This document shows positions 49,352 through 58,287 of a stretch of DNA of 59,736 bases, piece after piece (the stretch's first letter is position 1; every line of letters starts with the position of its first letter). Made by a program: the position numbers and the translations under genes. The stretch is from Gammaproteobacteria bacterium (GTDB lineage Bacteria; Pseudomonadota; Gammaproteobacteria; UBA1113): the NCBI GenBank assembly GCA_021156165.1, contig JAJNBM010000004.1:1-59736 (forward strand), in the 5' to 3' direction. Below the pieces are notes generated by a model. That model did not search any database, had not been told where the DNA came from, and worked only from the letters and a program-made list of their open reading frames with translations.

Positions 49352-49588
49352 TTACACTTTTTCGCCACGTTCGCGCAGCTTAGCTAAAACAACATCAATA
49401 CCCAACTTGTCGATTAAACGCAAACCTTGATTGCTCAATCTTAACTTAACAAAGCGTCCCAAAGAAGGTGCCCATAAGCGACGTGATTGTAAATTAACAT
49501 TAAAACGACGGCGAGTCTTATTATTTGCGTGGGAAACATTGTTTCCGGTCATAGGCCCGCGGCCAGTAACTTGGCATACTCTGGACAT
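49352..49588 (-). CDS. rpmB: 50S ribosomal protein L28
   Basis: [25 protein letters not shown]. Confidence 0.98.
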   Translation of the reverse strand: MSRVCQVTGRGPMTGNNVSHANNKTRRRFNVNLQSRRLWAPSLGRFVKLRLSNQGLRLIDKLGIDVVLAKLRERGEKV

Positions 49589-49799
49589 TTTTAGTACATC
49601 CTCAATTGGTTAGCTGATAAATTCGTTATAAGGGTGGCATTTATAGCAAAGTTCTACGGCAAATGCAAGGGGGTGTAAAAACGCTATAATGGCTACAAAA
49701 ACCCATGTTAAATTCGTAGGGATTTTTATATTCACAATGAAAAGTCCCGTAAGCACTAATTTATTCTACAATTTAACGATAAAAGAGCCTCTTCACAAT

Positions 49800-50348
49800 C
49801 TACCGCAATGCGTGCCCCGTTAACGCATCGAAAATAGGTGTGGGCTTATCCAATCCGCCTACATCGCCTATGAGGATATCATCTAGCAAAGACCCGAAAA
49901 CAGTCTTCACTTCTGCGGCGCTGCGGCAAGGGTTCTCACCTTGGCGATTCGCACTCGTCGATACCAAGGGTCCACCAAACTGCAAACATAATTGTTGTAC
50001 TATAGGATGTGCGCTGACTCGTACCACTACACTGTCCCAATCGCCGTGTATATATGCGGGAATCTTATCTGTTTTCGGCCATGCCCATGACACTGGCCCG
50101 GGCCAGGTTGCTAAGATCTGATCGAATCGTTCTTGTGGCAAAGGGCGTAATAAGGGTTGCAATTGTGTAAAGTCCGCCGCAATTAAAATAAGGCCTTTAG
50201 CCATTCCTCGCTGTTTAAGCGCTAATAATTTCTTAACTGCTTTTTCCGAAAAAGGTGCGCACCCTAGACCATAAACAGCCTCAGTAGGATAAGCAATAAC
50301 GCCATCGTTGCGTAACGCTGTTACGGCCGCACTATAATTGAGTACCAT
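49800..50348 (-). CDS. tsaC: L-threonylcarbamoyladenylate synthase
   Basis: IAYPTEAVYGLGC, K.R...KGLILI, STSAN. Confidence 0.93.
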   Translation of the reverse strand: MVLNYSAAVTALRNDGVIAYPTEAVYGLGCAPFSEKAVKKLLALKQRGMAKGLILIAADFTQLQPLLRPLPQERFDQILATWPGPVSWAWPKTDKIPAYIHGDWDSVVVRVSAHPIVQQLCLQFGGPLVSTSANRQGENPCRSAAEVKTVFGSLLDDILIGDVGGLDKPTPIFDALTGHALR

Positions 50349-50351
50349 ACA

Positions 50352-52631
50352 CTATTCCTCGTCTAGAGACAGCGTATAACCACATTCCTTTTGCGGACAA
50401 ATTTTTTCGCGACCTTTACGCTTGCTTACCTTCAAAGTCAAAATAGGCCACTGGCAATTAGGGCAAGATTCTGCTAAGGGCTCATCCCAAAGCGCATAAT
50501 CACAATCGGGATAACGGTTACAAGAATAAAATACTTTGCCCCGTCTGGATTTACGTTGCAATATGCTGCCTTGTTTGCATTTAGGACAAGCAACCTTAGT
50601 ATCGCTGGGCTTTTCAATGGGTTCTAAATAACGACAATCGGGATAACCACTGCACCCTATGAATTTACCATACCGCCCTTCGCGGATCAGTAAGGGCTTG
50701 CCGCATTTCTCACAGGTTCGCCCCTCAATGATTTCGGGCTCTACCGTGCTAGAGGATTCTAAGTTGCGCGTATAATCGCACTCTGGGTAAGTAGTACACC
50801 CTATAAAACGACCCTTCCGGCCTAACCGTATAGACAAAGGCTTAGCACACTTAGGGCAAGCTTCATCCATCGCTTCTTGAGTTACGTCTTTGCGCTCTAC
50901 CGTTTCTTGTATCAAAGCAATTTGCGTTTTAAAGGGTTGCCAGAATTTTTCTAATAAGGGGATCCATTCTTTTTCAGCGCGCGCTACCGCATCCAGATCG
51001 TCCTCCAAGTTAGCGGTGAAGTCATAGTCTACATAGGTCGCAAAAAAACGCGTTAAAAAGCGATTGACTACTCTGCCCACATCGGTAGGAATAAACCGCT
51101 TTTTATCTAAGAATACATATTCTCTATTTTGCAAAGTTGAAATAATCGATGCATAAGTAGACGGCCGTCCTATACCGTGTTCTTCCAATGCTTTCACTAA
51201 ACTGGCTTCCGAATAACGTGGTGGCGGCTCAGTGAAGTGTTGGGTGCCTACAATTTTCTCCAAAGGTATCTTTTGCCCTACAGTCATTGGGGGTAATACC
51301 GTTTCACTATCGTCTTGTGGTTTGGCATCGTCTTTATCTTCTTGATAAACGGCAATAAAACCGGGATCGCTGATCACAGAACCATTGGCACGAAAAATAT
51401 TTCCTTCCCCGGCAGAGAGATCGACCGCAACGGTATCTAAAGTAGCGTGAATCATTTGACTGGCCACCGTACGCTTCCAAATCAAAGCGTATAATTTGTA
51501 TTGATCGGCGCTTAAATATTGTTTAATTTTATCGGGTATATTCAAAACGGATGTAGGGCGAATCGCTTCGTGTGCTTCTTGCGCATTCTTGGACTTGGTT
51601 TTATACACTGGCTGCGTTTCAGGTACGTTTCGCGCCCCGTAATGTTGCGCAATATAAGCGCGAATTTCATCCACGGCTTCTTTGGCCAAATTAACCGAGT
51701 CGGTACGCATATAGCTGATCAAACCGGCAGCGCCTTCGCCTATATCAATACCCTCATACAATTGCTGCGCTATCATCATGGTACGTTTAGCAGTAAAGCC
51801 TAATTTACGCGCTGCTTCTTGTTGTAAGGTGGAAGTAATAAATGGCGCTGCGGGTTGGCGACGACGTTGCTTTTTATCTAAAGCAACCACGAGTAAATGA
51901 TCCCCTGCAGCTTTAGATAAAGTATCTTGCACTATAGTGGCGTGCTCTTCATTCGCGATGCTAAATTGAGTGAGTTTTTCACCTTGGTATTGTTGTAATT
52001 TGGCGGTAAATTCTTGCTTTGCTTCTAGGAGATGGGCATGTAAGGTCCAATATTCTTCTGTCTTGAAACGTTCAATTTCTTCTTCGCGCTCCACAATCAA
52101 ACGCAATGCCGGACTTTGCACTCGGCCTGCGGATAATCCTCGACGTACCTTTTGCCACAATAAAGGCGATAACTTAAAGCCGACTAAATAATCTAAGGCT
52201 CGCCGTGCTTGTTGTGCATGTACCATAGGCATAGCCACCTCACGCGGATGTGTCATCGCTTCTTTAATAGCGATCTTAGTGATTTCATGAAACACCACGC
52301 GTTTTACTGGCTTATCTTTTAATAATTTGCGCTCTAGCATGAGTTCTTGTACCGACCATGCAATGGCTTCACCTTCTCTATCAGGGTCAGTGGCGAGAAT
52401 CAAACAATCTGCAGACTTCATGCTTTTGGCAATCGCTTCTACATGCTTACTGTTTTTTTCGACAACTTCATACCGCATCGCAAAACCATTGTCGGGATCA
52501 ACCGCACCTTCTTTAGGCACCAAATCGCGTACATGTCCATACGACGCCAAGACGATATTGCCCGGACCTAAATATTTTTCTATCGTTTTTGCCTTAGCGG
52601 GCGATTCAACGATCACTAAATTTTTTGTCAT
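50352..52631 (-). CDS. topA: DNA topoisomerase I with C-terminal zinc ribbons
   Basis: IVESPAKA, ATDPDREGE, SAGRVQS, YMRTDS, repeated C4 zinc fingers. Confidence 0.98.
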   Translation of the reverse strand: MTKNLVIVESPAKAKTIEKYLGPGNIVLASYGHVRDLVPKEGAVDPDNGFAMRYEVVEKNSKHVEAIAKSMKSADCLILATDPDREGEAIAWSVQELMLERKLLKDKPVKRVVFHEITKIAIKEAMTHPREVAMPMVHAQQARRALDYLVGFKLSPLLWQKVRRGLSAGRVQSPALRLIVEREEEIERFKTEEYWTLHAHLLEAKQEFTAKLQQYQGEKLTQFSIANEEHATIVQDTLSKAAGDHLLVVALDKKQRRRQPAAPFITSTLQQEAARKLGFTAKRTMMIAQQLYEGIDIGEGAAGLISYMRTDSVNLAKEAVDEIRAYIAQHYGARNVPETQPVYKTKSKNAQEAHEAIRPTSVLNIPDKIKQYLSADQYKLYALIWKRTVASQMIHATLDTVAVDLSAGEGNIFRANGSVISDPGFIAVYQEDKDDAKPQDDSETVLPPMTVGQKIPLEKIVGTQHFTEPPPRYSEASLVKALEEHGIGRPSTYASIISTLQNREYVFLDKKRFIPTDVGRVVNRFLTRFFATYVDYDFTANLEDDLDAVARAEKEWIPLLEKFWQPFKTQIALIQETVERKDVTQEAMDEACPKCAKPLSIRLGRKGRFIGCTTYPECDYTRNLESSSTVEPEIIEGRTCEKCGKPLLIREGRYGKFIGCSGYPDCRYLEPIEKPSDTKVACPKCKQGSILQRKSRRGKVFYSCNRYPDCDYALWDEPLAESCPNCQWPILTLKVSKRKGREKICPQKECGYTLSLDEE

Positions 52632-52665
52632 ATATACCTATTACATTTCAAAATGCCCATCAGTG

Positions 52666-52727
52666 CGTAGGGGCAAACCCCCCCTGTGGTTGCCCTAGTT
52701 AGGACAAGCACAGGGGCCTGCCCCTAC
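52666..52727. repeat. GTAG-type REP doublet
   Basis: CGTAGGGGCAAACC..GGTTGCCC-TAGTT-AGGACAAGC..GCCTGCCCCTAC; contains the dprA stop codon. Confidence 0.85.
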
Positions 52728-53830
52728 ACTCTTTCATAGCCGCCACTTTGTAGACGTACCAAACCCTTTAATTCTAAGGCCATGAGGATGACGGAAACTT
52801 CGGCCACCGTCAACCCCGTACGGGTAAGAATAGCATTAAAAGAAGTGGGTGAAAAATCAACATCCTTGAGTAAATTTTGTTCTTTTTTATCCAAAAGAAC
52901 GTCTTTTTTATCCGTTGAGGTCTTTTTTTGCTCCATTTTTGAGCCGTACCAAGAAGCAAAACCCACCGTTTCTTCTAATATATCGTCTATAGTCTCAACC
53001 AATTTGGCCCCTTCCTTAATTAAAAAATGGCATCCTTTGCTTAAAGGATTGTGTAACGAACCCGGTAAGGCATAAACTTGCCGCCCTTCCTGCAATGCGA
53101 AACGAGCCGTGATCAACGAGCCACTTTGCATCGTTGCCTCTATCACTAAGACCCCCACTGCCAAGCCACTGATAATGCGGTTTCGGGCGGGAAAATATTG
53201 GGGTAAAGGCGGCGTAGAAGGAGGATACTCCGAAATTAATAAGCCCGTCTGCAAAATGTCCTCACTCAAACGCTGATGACGCTTAGGATAAATGCGTTTT
53301 AGGCCAGACCCTAAAACGGCGATCGTTTGTCCTTTGGCCTCTAAAGCGCTGCGATGCGCCACACCATCGATGCCCTGCGCTAGGCCGCTGGTAATCACCC
53401 AACCCAAAGCCGCCAATTCACGCGCAAAATACAGCGCCCATTCGTTCCCCGCAGTCGTAGGATTACGGCTGCCTACAATAGCCAATTGCGGCCTGTGTAA
53501 TAACTCGCTGCGGCCTTGTAAGAATAATACCTTAGGCGGCGCTTGAATAGCCTGTAATAACTCAGGATAAAAAACATCTTCAACAAAACAAATTTGGCAA
53601 TGGGGGTTACTCTCTTGCCAAGCAATACATTCGTCTATCAGCGACCAGGGCAAGGACGTTAAGTAGTCTGTAGTACTCCGTTTTAAGGCCAGATTTTGCC
53701 ATAAACGTGTACCCCCCGCGATGAATTCCTCGGCACTGAAGCCCTTTTGAGTGATTCCTTGCCAGGAACGCAATGACAAACCTGGGGCCAAGGCTACCGC
53801 CAAGCGCGCTTTTAGTGCCGTATGATCCAT
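52724..53830 (-). CDS. dprA: DNA-processing protein DprA
   Basis: AIVGSR, SGLAQGID..AH, FPARNRIISGL, SGSLITA, C-terminal winged helix. Confidence 0.96.
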   Translation of the reverse strand: MDHTALKARLAVALAPGLSLRSWQGITQKGFSAEEFIAGGTRLWQNLALKRSTTDYLTSLPWSLIDECIAWQESNPHCQICFVEDVFYPELLQAIQAPPKVLFLQGRSELLHRPQLAIVGSRNPTTAGNEWALYFARELAALGWVITSGLAQGIDGVAHRSALEAKGQTIAVLGSGLKRIYPKRHQRLSEDILQTGLLISEYPPSTPPLPQYFPARNRIISGLAVGVLVIEATMQSGSLITARFALQEGRQVYALPGSLHNPLSKGCHFLIKEGAKLVETIDDILEETVGFASWYGSKMEQKKTSTDKKDVLLDKKEQNLLKDVDFSPTSFNAILTRTGLTVAEVSVILMALELKGLVRLQSGGYERV

Positions 53831-53889
53831 GAGATATGCGCCAAAAAGATAAGGTGTTAAATTATTTCATGTATTTTAAATAAATGCAA

Positions 53890-54474
53890 TCAATAATGCG
53901 GCAAGTCACACAACTCAAACTCGTGCGCTGCATGCCAGTTGAAATGCCACCATTCTGTAGGCAACCCTATAAAACCACAAGAACCCATTACCTCCTGTAA
54001 TAACGCGCGGTTGCGGATGGCCTCTACGCTACAATCCATATAATCCCGGTGCGCTGCAGGACTAAAATCATCGAATAGAGTGGGCATGACTAATTCCTTC
54101 CCCGTGATTGTGCTCACTAAGGTCACATCGACTGCACATCCCCTATTGTGGGCGGAACCTTCTTTCATTTGCCCATTTTCTCGCACGGGCTTCATAATAT
54201 AACGTTCATCGGGACAATGGGCCCAGAATATTTCTTGAATATGAAAAGGCCTATACGCATCCCAAATTTTAAGCCCCAATTGCTGCACATTCAATTTTCG
54301 CTGCGCCATCACCAGCGCTTCCGCTACTGGCTTACGCAAATAAGCTCGGGCATTGGTATCATACATTATTTTTTGAGTAAAGTTATGAATGCTCGCATAC
54401 GGCAAGTCAATAATAAAACTATTTTCTATAACCAACAGATCAACAAAATTTAAATCGGTTAATTGCTTTTGCAT
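53890..54474 (-). CDS. D-alanyl-D-alanine dipeptidase (M15, VanX/DdpX-like)
   Basis: Y...NF, WDAYRP, SAHNRGCAVDVTL, EWWHF. Confidence 0.92.
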   Translation of the reverse strand: MQKQLTDLNFVDLLVIENSFIIDLPYASIHNFTQKIMYDTNARAYLRKPVAEALVMAQRKLNVQQLGLKIWDAYRPFHIQEIFWAHCPDERYIMKPVRENGQMKEGSAHNRGCAVDVTLVSTITGKELVMPTLFDDFSPAAHRDYMDCSVEAIRNRALLQEVMGSCGFIGLPTEWWHFNWHAAHEFELCDLPHY

Positions 54475-54477
54475 GTT

Positions 54478-54639
54478 AGGTCCTGTAGCGATTGGGTTTG
54501 TCGAAGCGAAAAATGAATACAGCCGGGCAAAATATTAGCAAATTTGAGAAGAATATCGGGCAATATTTGACGAAAATTTGCTAATATTTGGACCGTTTTA
54601 TTCATTTTGCAGTCGATAAACCCAATCGCCACAGGACCT
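54478..54639. mobile_element. ~160-bp MITE-like palindromic element, copy 2
   Basis: AGGTCCTGTAGCGATTGGGTTT...AAACCCAATCGCCACAGGACCT; interior highly similar to 48954-49111. Confidence 0.8.
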
Positions 54640-54643
54640 CCTA

Positions 54644-55243
54644 CTATTCCGTAGACCAAATTTCCTGTATGGCAACCGCCTGAGGCGATTCTTTTGTAGG
54701 GACATTAACAATAAGAACCGTCACGATAATACGCTTCGTCGTAATTTGGTTGGCACTTTCAAAAGTAAGCAGCACCGGCATTTGCACCTTCCAACTGTAT
54801 TTCCCTAATAACGCCCCTTCCTTCAATATAACGGGTTGGCCTGAAACAATGCTGGTTAAATTCAGTTGCTGTGTAGTCACTTGTTGTAGCAATTGACTGT
54901 CCTCTAAAACTTGGCGAAAAGAATCAGCACCGGCTGGGGTAAAATCTTTGGCAAGAAGATCCTTAAATTTTTGTGGATAGGTAATAGCATTAAAGGTATA
55001 GATGTCTCCCACCACTACTTGCACCCACAGTAACAAATCATCGCGTGACAATAACCGCGCATTATAGGCTTGCAATTGGATGAATTGCTTTTTTCCTTGT
55101 TCTATTTTCACTTGAAAATATTTAGGTTCCTCTGGGTGTTGAATATGCCAGAAGGTTGCCACCATTAAGCCAATAATGATAAGCGTCAAAACAATAACGA
55201 CTCTAAAATAAACTCTATTTTTTCGATCCAGGCGATTTGCCAT
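54644..55243 (-). CDS. DotI/IcmL family type IVB secretion protein, paralog 2
   Basis: TM then P.YF, L..W, FT..G..SF, PVIL..G....SWKVQMP; paralog of the upstream gene. Confidence 0.8.
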   Translation of the reverse strand: MANRLDRKNRVYFRVVIVLTLIIIGLMVATFWHIQHPEEPKYFQVKIEQGKKQFIQLQAYNARLLSRDDLLLWVQVVVGDIYTFNAITYPQKFKDLLAKDFTPAGADSFRQVLEDSQLLQQVTTQQLNLTSIVSGQPVILKEGALLGKYSWKVQMPVLLTFESANQITTKRIIVTVLIVNVPTKESPQAVAIQEIWSTE

Positions 55244-55258
55244 AATGGTTCCTAAAGA

Positions 55259-55969
55259 TCAACTTAAGGTTTGCGCTACGAATTGTAGTACGCCTATCCC
55301 TTGCAAACTGTCTAAGTTCATTTGTCTCGCCACAGGATCGATCAAGGGGCTACTGCGTACCACCGTTAAAACAACATTATACATATTGCTAAAAGTACGT
55401 GCTTGGCTAGTCCATCGCACACGTATAGGCACATTGACCTGCCAGGAAAAGGCTTTGCCATTTTCAGTATTTACAATGCCCCGTTGTAAGATGGTGGGTG
55501 CTTGCACCACCTCCGCGGTCATCACAAAAAAACCTTGTAATAGCGTTTCTAGATTGAGTGAAGCTTTAATAGCATCTAAAAAATTTTGTCCGCCCGTAGG
55601 AGTAAAATAAGTATTTTTAGTTTGTTCTAATTGCTGTTGATATTGGGCATAGTTTAACGTAAAGGCCGCCGTTGCGGCGCGCGAGGACCACGCTAATAAA
55701 GCAGCATCCGATAAACTGGGCGAGGTGAGAGGTTGAATTTCCACCAGCCCCCCTATCACATTGGTAGCAAAATAACGCGGTGCAGGTCGGGTGGTGTAAA
55801 GATAAAAGAGGATCACCATCATCAATACACACAATACTACTAGCGCCAACACAGCGCCCATTAAAAACCGATAACTATCGCGATAATAATTATTTCTCAA
55901 GCGCACTATTTCTATTGCGCTTTTCCGCGCGCTAAAAGCCGCTTTTTTAGCTTGTTTTTCTTCTGCCAT
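55259..55969 (-). CDS. icmL: DotI/IcmL family type IVB secretion protein
   Basis: RNNYYRDSYR, TM, P.PRYFAT, W...A...FT.NY..Y, YFT..G...F, AP.ILQ.G, W.V..P, GIGV.QFV. Confidence 0.88.
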   Translation of the reverse strand: MAEEKQAKKAAFSARKSAIEIVRLRNNYYRDSYRFLMGAVLALVVLCVLMMVILFYLYTTRPAPRYFATNVIGGLVEIQPLTSPSLSDAALLAWSSRAATAAFTLNYAQYQQQLEQTKNTYFTPTGGQNFLDAIKASLNLETLLQGFFVMTAEVVQAPTILQRGIVNTENGKAFSWQVNVPIRVRWTSQARTFSNMYNVVLTVVRSSPLIDPVARQMNLDSLQGIGVLQFVAQTLS

Positions 55970-55997
55970 AATAAGTCTTCTCCCCATATCATTCACG

Positions 55998-56057
55998 CGT
56001 AGGGGCAGGCCCCCGCGCCTGTCCTAACCCGGGCAACCCCAGGGAGTTGCCCCTACG
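55998..56057. repeat. GTAG-type REP doublet
   Basis: CGTAGGGGCAGGC..GCCTGTCC-TAACC-CGGGCAACC..AGTTGCCCCTACG. Confidence 0.85.
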
Positions 56058-56083
56058 TTTTCCAAAAATTAATATCAACCAGT

Positions 56084-56620
56084 CTATCGTTTAACATCCA
56101 AACGATAAAAGGTAATCTGTATACGCCTATTCATTGCTCGCCCATCGGCACGCTGATTGTCAGCAATAGGGAAGGTACAGCCATACCCTATGGCATAAAT
56201 AATAGGGGCTTTTACTTCTTGGTTCTTTAAGTAATCCGCTATATTTTGTGCTTGCTGTCGTGATAAAGCCACCGCCCGCAGTGAATTACCGCAGTTATCG
56301 CTATAACCGCCCACTTTGACGGTCTCCACATCAAATAAAGAAATATAGTCACTCAGAATATTCAAGGTGGCATAGTTATCGCCATTTAAATGGGATGAAT
56401 CCATAAAGAAAAATTTATCTGCAGGTAATACTAAGAGAGTTTGTTGTCCCGAGTGAATAACGCTCACCCCCCCTTCTTGCAGCTTTTTTTCGGTATCACT
56501 GATCCGTTGCTCGCGCTTTAGAGCAGCACAAGCCTCGGGCGATAGCTTCTGTGTGGGTTTAGAACTACAAGCCGCCAGTGCAAATAGGGCCATTAAACAG
56601 CAGATGAATATTTTTAACAT
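56084..56620 (-). CDS. icmN: OmpA-domain lipoprotein (DotK/IcmN-like)
   Basis: lipobox LAAC, GYSD, LS..QA, GYG...PIADN....GR..NRR; immediately upstream of icmL. Confidence 0.72.
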   Translation of the reverse strand: MLKIFICCLMALFALAACSSKPTQKLSPEACAALKREQRISDTEKKLQEGGVSVIHSGQQTLLVLPADKFFFMDSSHLNGDNYATLNILSDYISLFDVETVKVGGYSDNCGNSLRAVALSRQQAQNIADYLKNQEVKAPIIYAIGYGCTFPIADNQRADGRAMNRRIQITFYRLDVKR

Positions 56621-56629
56621 CTATTTTTT

Positions 56630-57610
56630 TTACTCCTGGCAAATTGCATTCGCCATATGACTCACCGTTCCTGCATAATAAGTTGAGTTATTATACTCTT
56701 TCAATACAAAAAAGTTATGGAATGCCAACAGACCAGGCCCCCCATCCGGCATAATCAATACCGCTTCATCCAAACTGTCTGGGATCGATTGGCCATTGGT
56801 TAAGGTAACCCCAGCACTTTGCCAAGTTGAAACCGGATACCAATTATTTTCACCCATCTTCAAACCTAATTGTGCTGGCACGTTCACTTCATACCCCCAC
56901 GGTGCATTTGCTTGCCAACCATATTGCACTAAGTAATTAGCAATAGAGGCAAAAACATCGGGAAGACTGGTCCAAATATTTTTACGACCATCCCCATCAT
57001 AATCCACCGCATACTTTTGGAAACTAGCGGGCATAAACTGCGGTTGCCCAGAAGCCCCCGCCCATTCTCCTACATAATGGGCATTGTCTATATGTCCACC
57101 ATTTAAGACTTGTAAGGCGTCTATCAATTGCTCATGAAAATAGTCACTGCGATCGCTGTAAAAAGCTAAGGTCGCCAAAGAGCGGATCACCGGAAAGCTC
57201 CCCACATAATGACCATAGCTCGTTTCCATCCCCCACAAAGATACCATAACACAAGGCGATACACCGTAGGTACGCGCTACACGGTTTAACAAGGGCGCAT
57301 TGCGCCTATATTCGTTCACGCCCATTCTAACACGAGCGTCATCGCCGCGGGATTGACGATATTGCTTATAACTTAATCGACTTTCAGGTTGTGTTTTATC
57401 GTAACCCAACACGCGCTCATCTGGCGTTAAGCCATTTAAAGCGGTATTCGCTACTGCGGATGACACTCCTGCAGACACCGCTTCTTGCTCCGTTGCCGCC
57501 AACCACTGTTGCCAAGTCGTGCTCTGACTAGGCGCAGCGTTTGCGCATTGTGCTGCAATACTTAGACAAATCCACAACAAAAAGCCTCTACTGACTTTTT
57601 TTCGTGTCAT
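56630..57610 (-). CDS. lytic murein transglycosylase (MltB-like)
   Basis: signal peptide, QPE, WGMETSYG, SLATLA, WAGASGQPQFMP, DYDGDG, YN.S..YA. Confidence 0.93.
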   Translation of the reverse strand: MTRKKVSRGFLLWICLSIAAQCANAAPSQSTTWQQWLAATEQEAVSAGVSSAVANTALNGLTPDERVLGYDKTQPESRLSYKQYRQSRGDDARVRMGVNEYRRNAPLLNRVARTYGVSPCVMVSLWGMETSYGHYVGSFPVIRSLATLAFYSDRSDYFHEQLIDALQVLNGGHIDNAHYVGEWAGASGQPQFMPASFQKYAVDYDGDGRKNIWTSLPDVFASIANYLVQYGWQANAPWGYEVNVPAQLGLKMGENNWYPVSTWQSAGVTLTNGQSIPDSLDEAVLIMPDGGPGLLAFHNFFVLKEYNNSTYYAGTVSHMANAICQE

Positions 57611-57638
57611 GCTATTCTCCCTAGCCCCTAAACATTCC

Positions 57639-58208
57639 TTATTCTTTTACGCGCGATACATATTCGCTGGTACGAGTATCAACCTTAATGACTTCCCCTT
57701 CTTGTATAAACAAGGGCACCTTCACCACTGCTCCCGTTTCTAATTTAGCGGGTTTAGTACCTCCACCGGAAGTATCACCCCGTACGCCAGGATCGGTTTC
57801 CACAATTTTCAAAGAAACAAATATAGGCGGTGCCACGCTTAAAGGCTGACCATTCCATAACACTATCGTACACATATCCTGTTCTTTAATCCAAAGCTTA
57901 GCGTCTGCCATGGCCGTGCCCTCAGCGGCCACTTGTTCGAAGCTTGCAGGCGACATAAAATGCCAATGATGACCGTCTGTGTATAAGTATTGTGCTTCTA
58001 TTTCTGCCACATCGGCCGCTTCCAAACTTTCGCCCGATTTGAGTGTTTTCTCAATAACACGGCCTGTTTTTAAATTGCGCAACTTTGTGCGCACAAAGGC
58101 TTGTCCCTTGCCCGGTTTGACGAACTCATTCTCAACAATTGAGTAAGGATCGCCATCAATGATAACTTTTAAACCACCTTTAAATTCATTTGTACTATAT
58201 GTAGACAT
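57639..58208 (-). CDS. efp: elongation factor P
   Basis: [29 protein letters not shown]; start ATG 58208 (GAGG SD). Confidence 0.98.
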   Translation of the reverse strand: MSTYSTNEFKGGLKVIIDGDPYSIVENEFVKPGKGQAFVRTKLRNLKTGRVIEKTLKSGESLEAADVAEIEAQYLYTDGHHWHFMSPASFEQVAAEGTAMADAKLWIKEQDMCTIVLWNGQPLSVAPPIFVSLKIVETDPGVRGDTSGGGTKPAKLETGAVVKVPLFIQEGEVIKVDTRTSEYVSRVKE

Positions 58209-58287
58209 TATTTCCTCTTTATCAGCAAGCTGTGCTATGATCAATGCCATTTTAACGTGTTAGCGTACTATTTACCACTGAATTTGC

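Noticed and set aside
53890-54474. Vancomycin resistance locus
   Set aside because: A lone M15 dipeptidase without vanA/H/R/S; ordinary DdpX-like enzyme
54459-54659. 66-aa ORF
   Set aside because: It is a read-through of MITE copy 2 and overlaps both neighbouring genes
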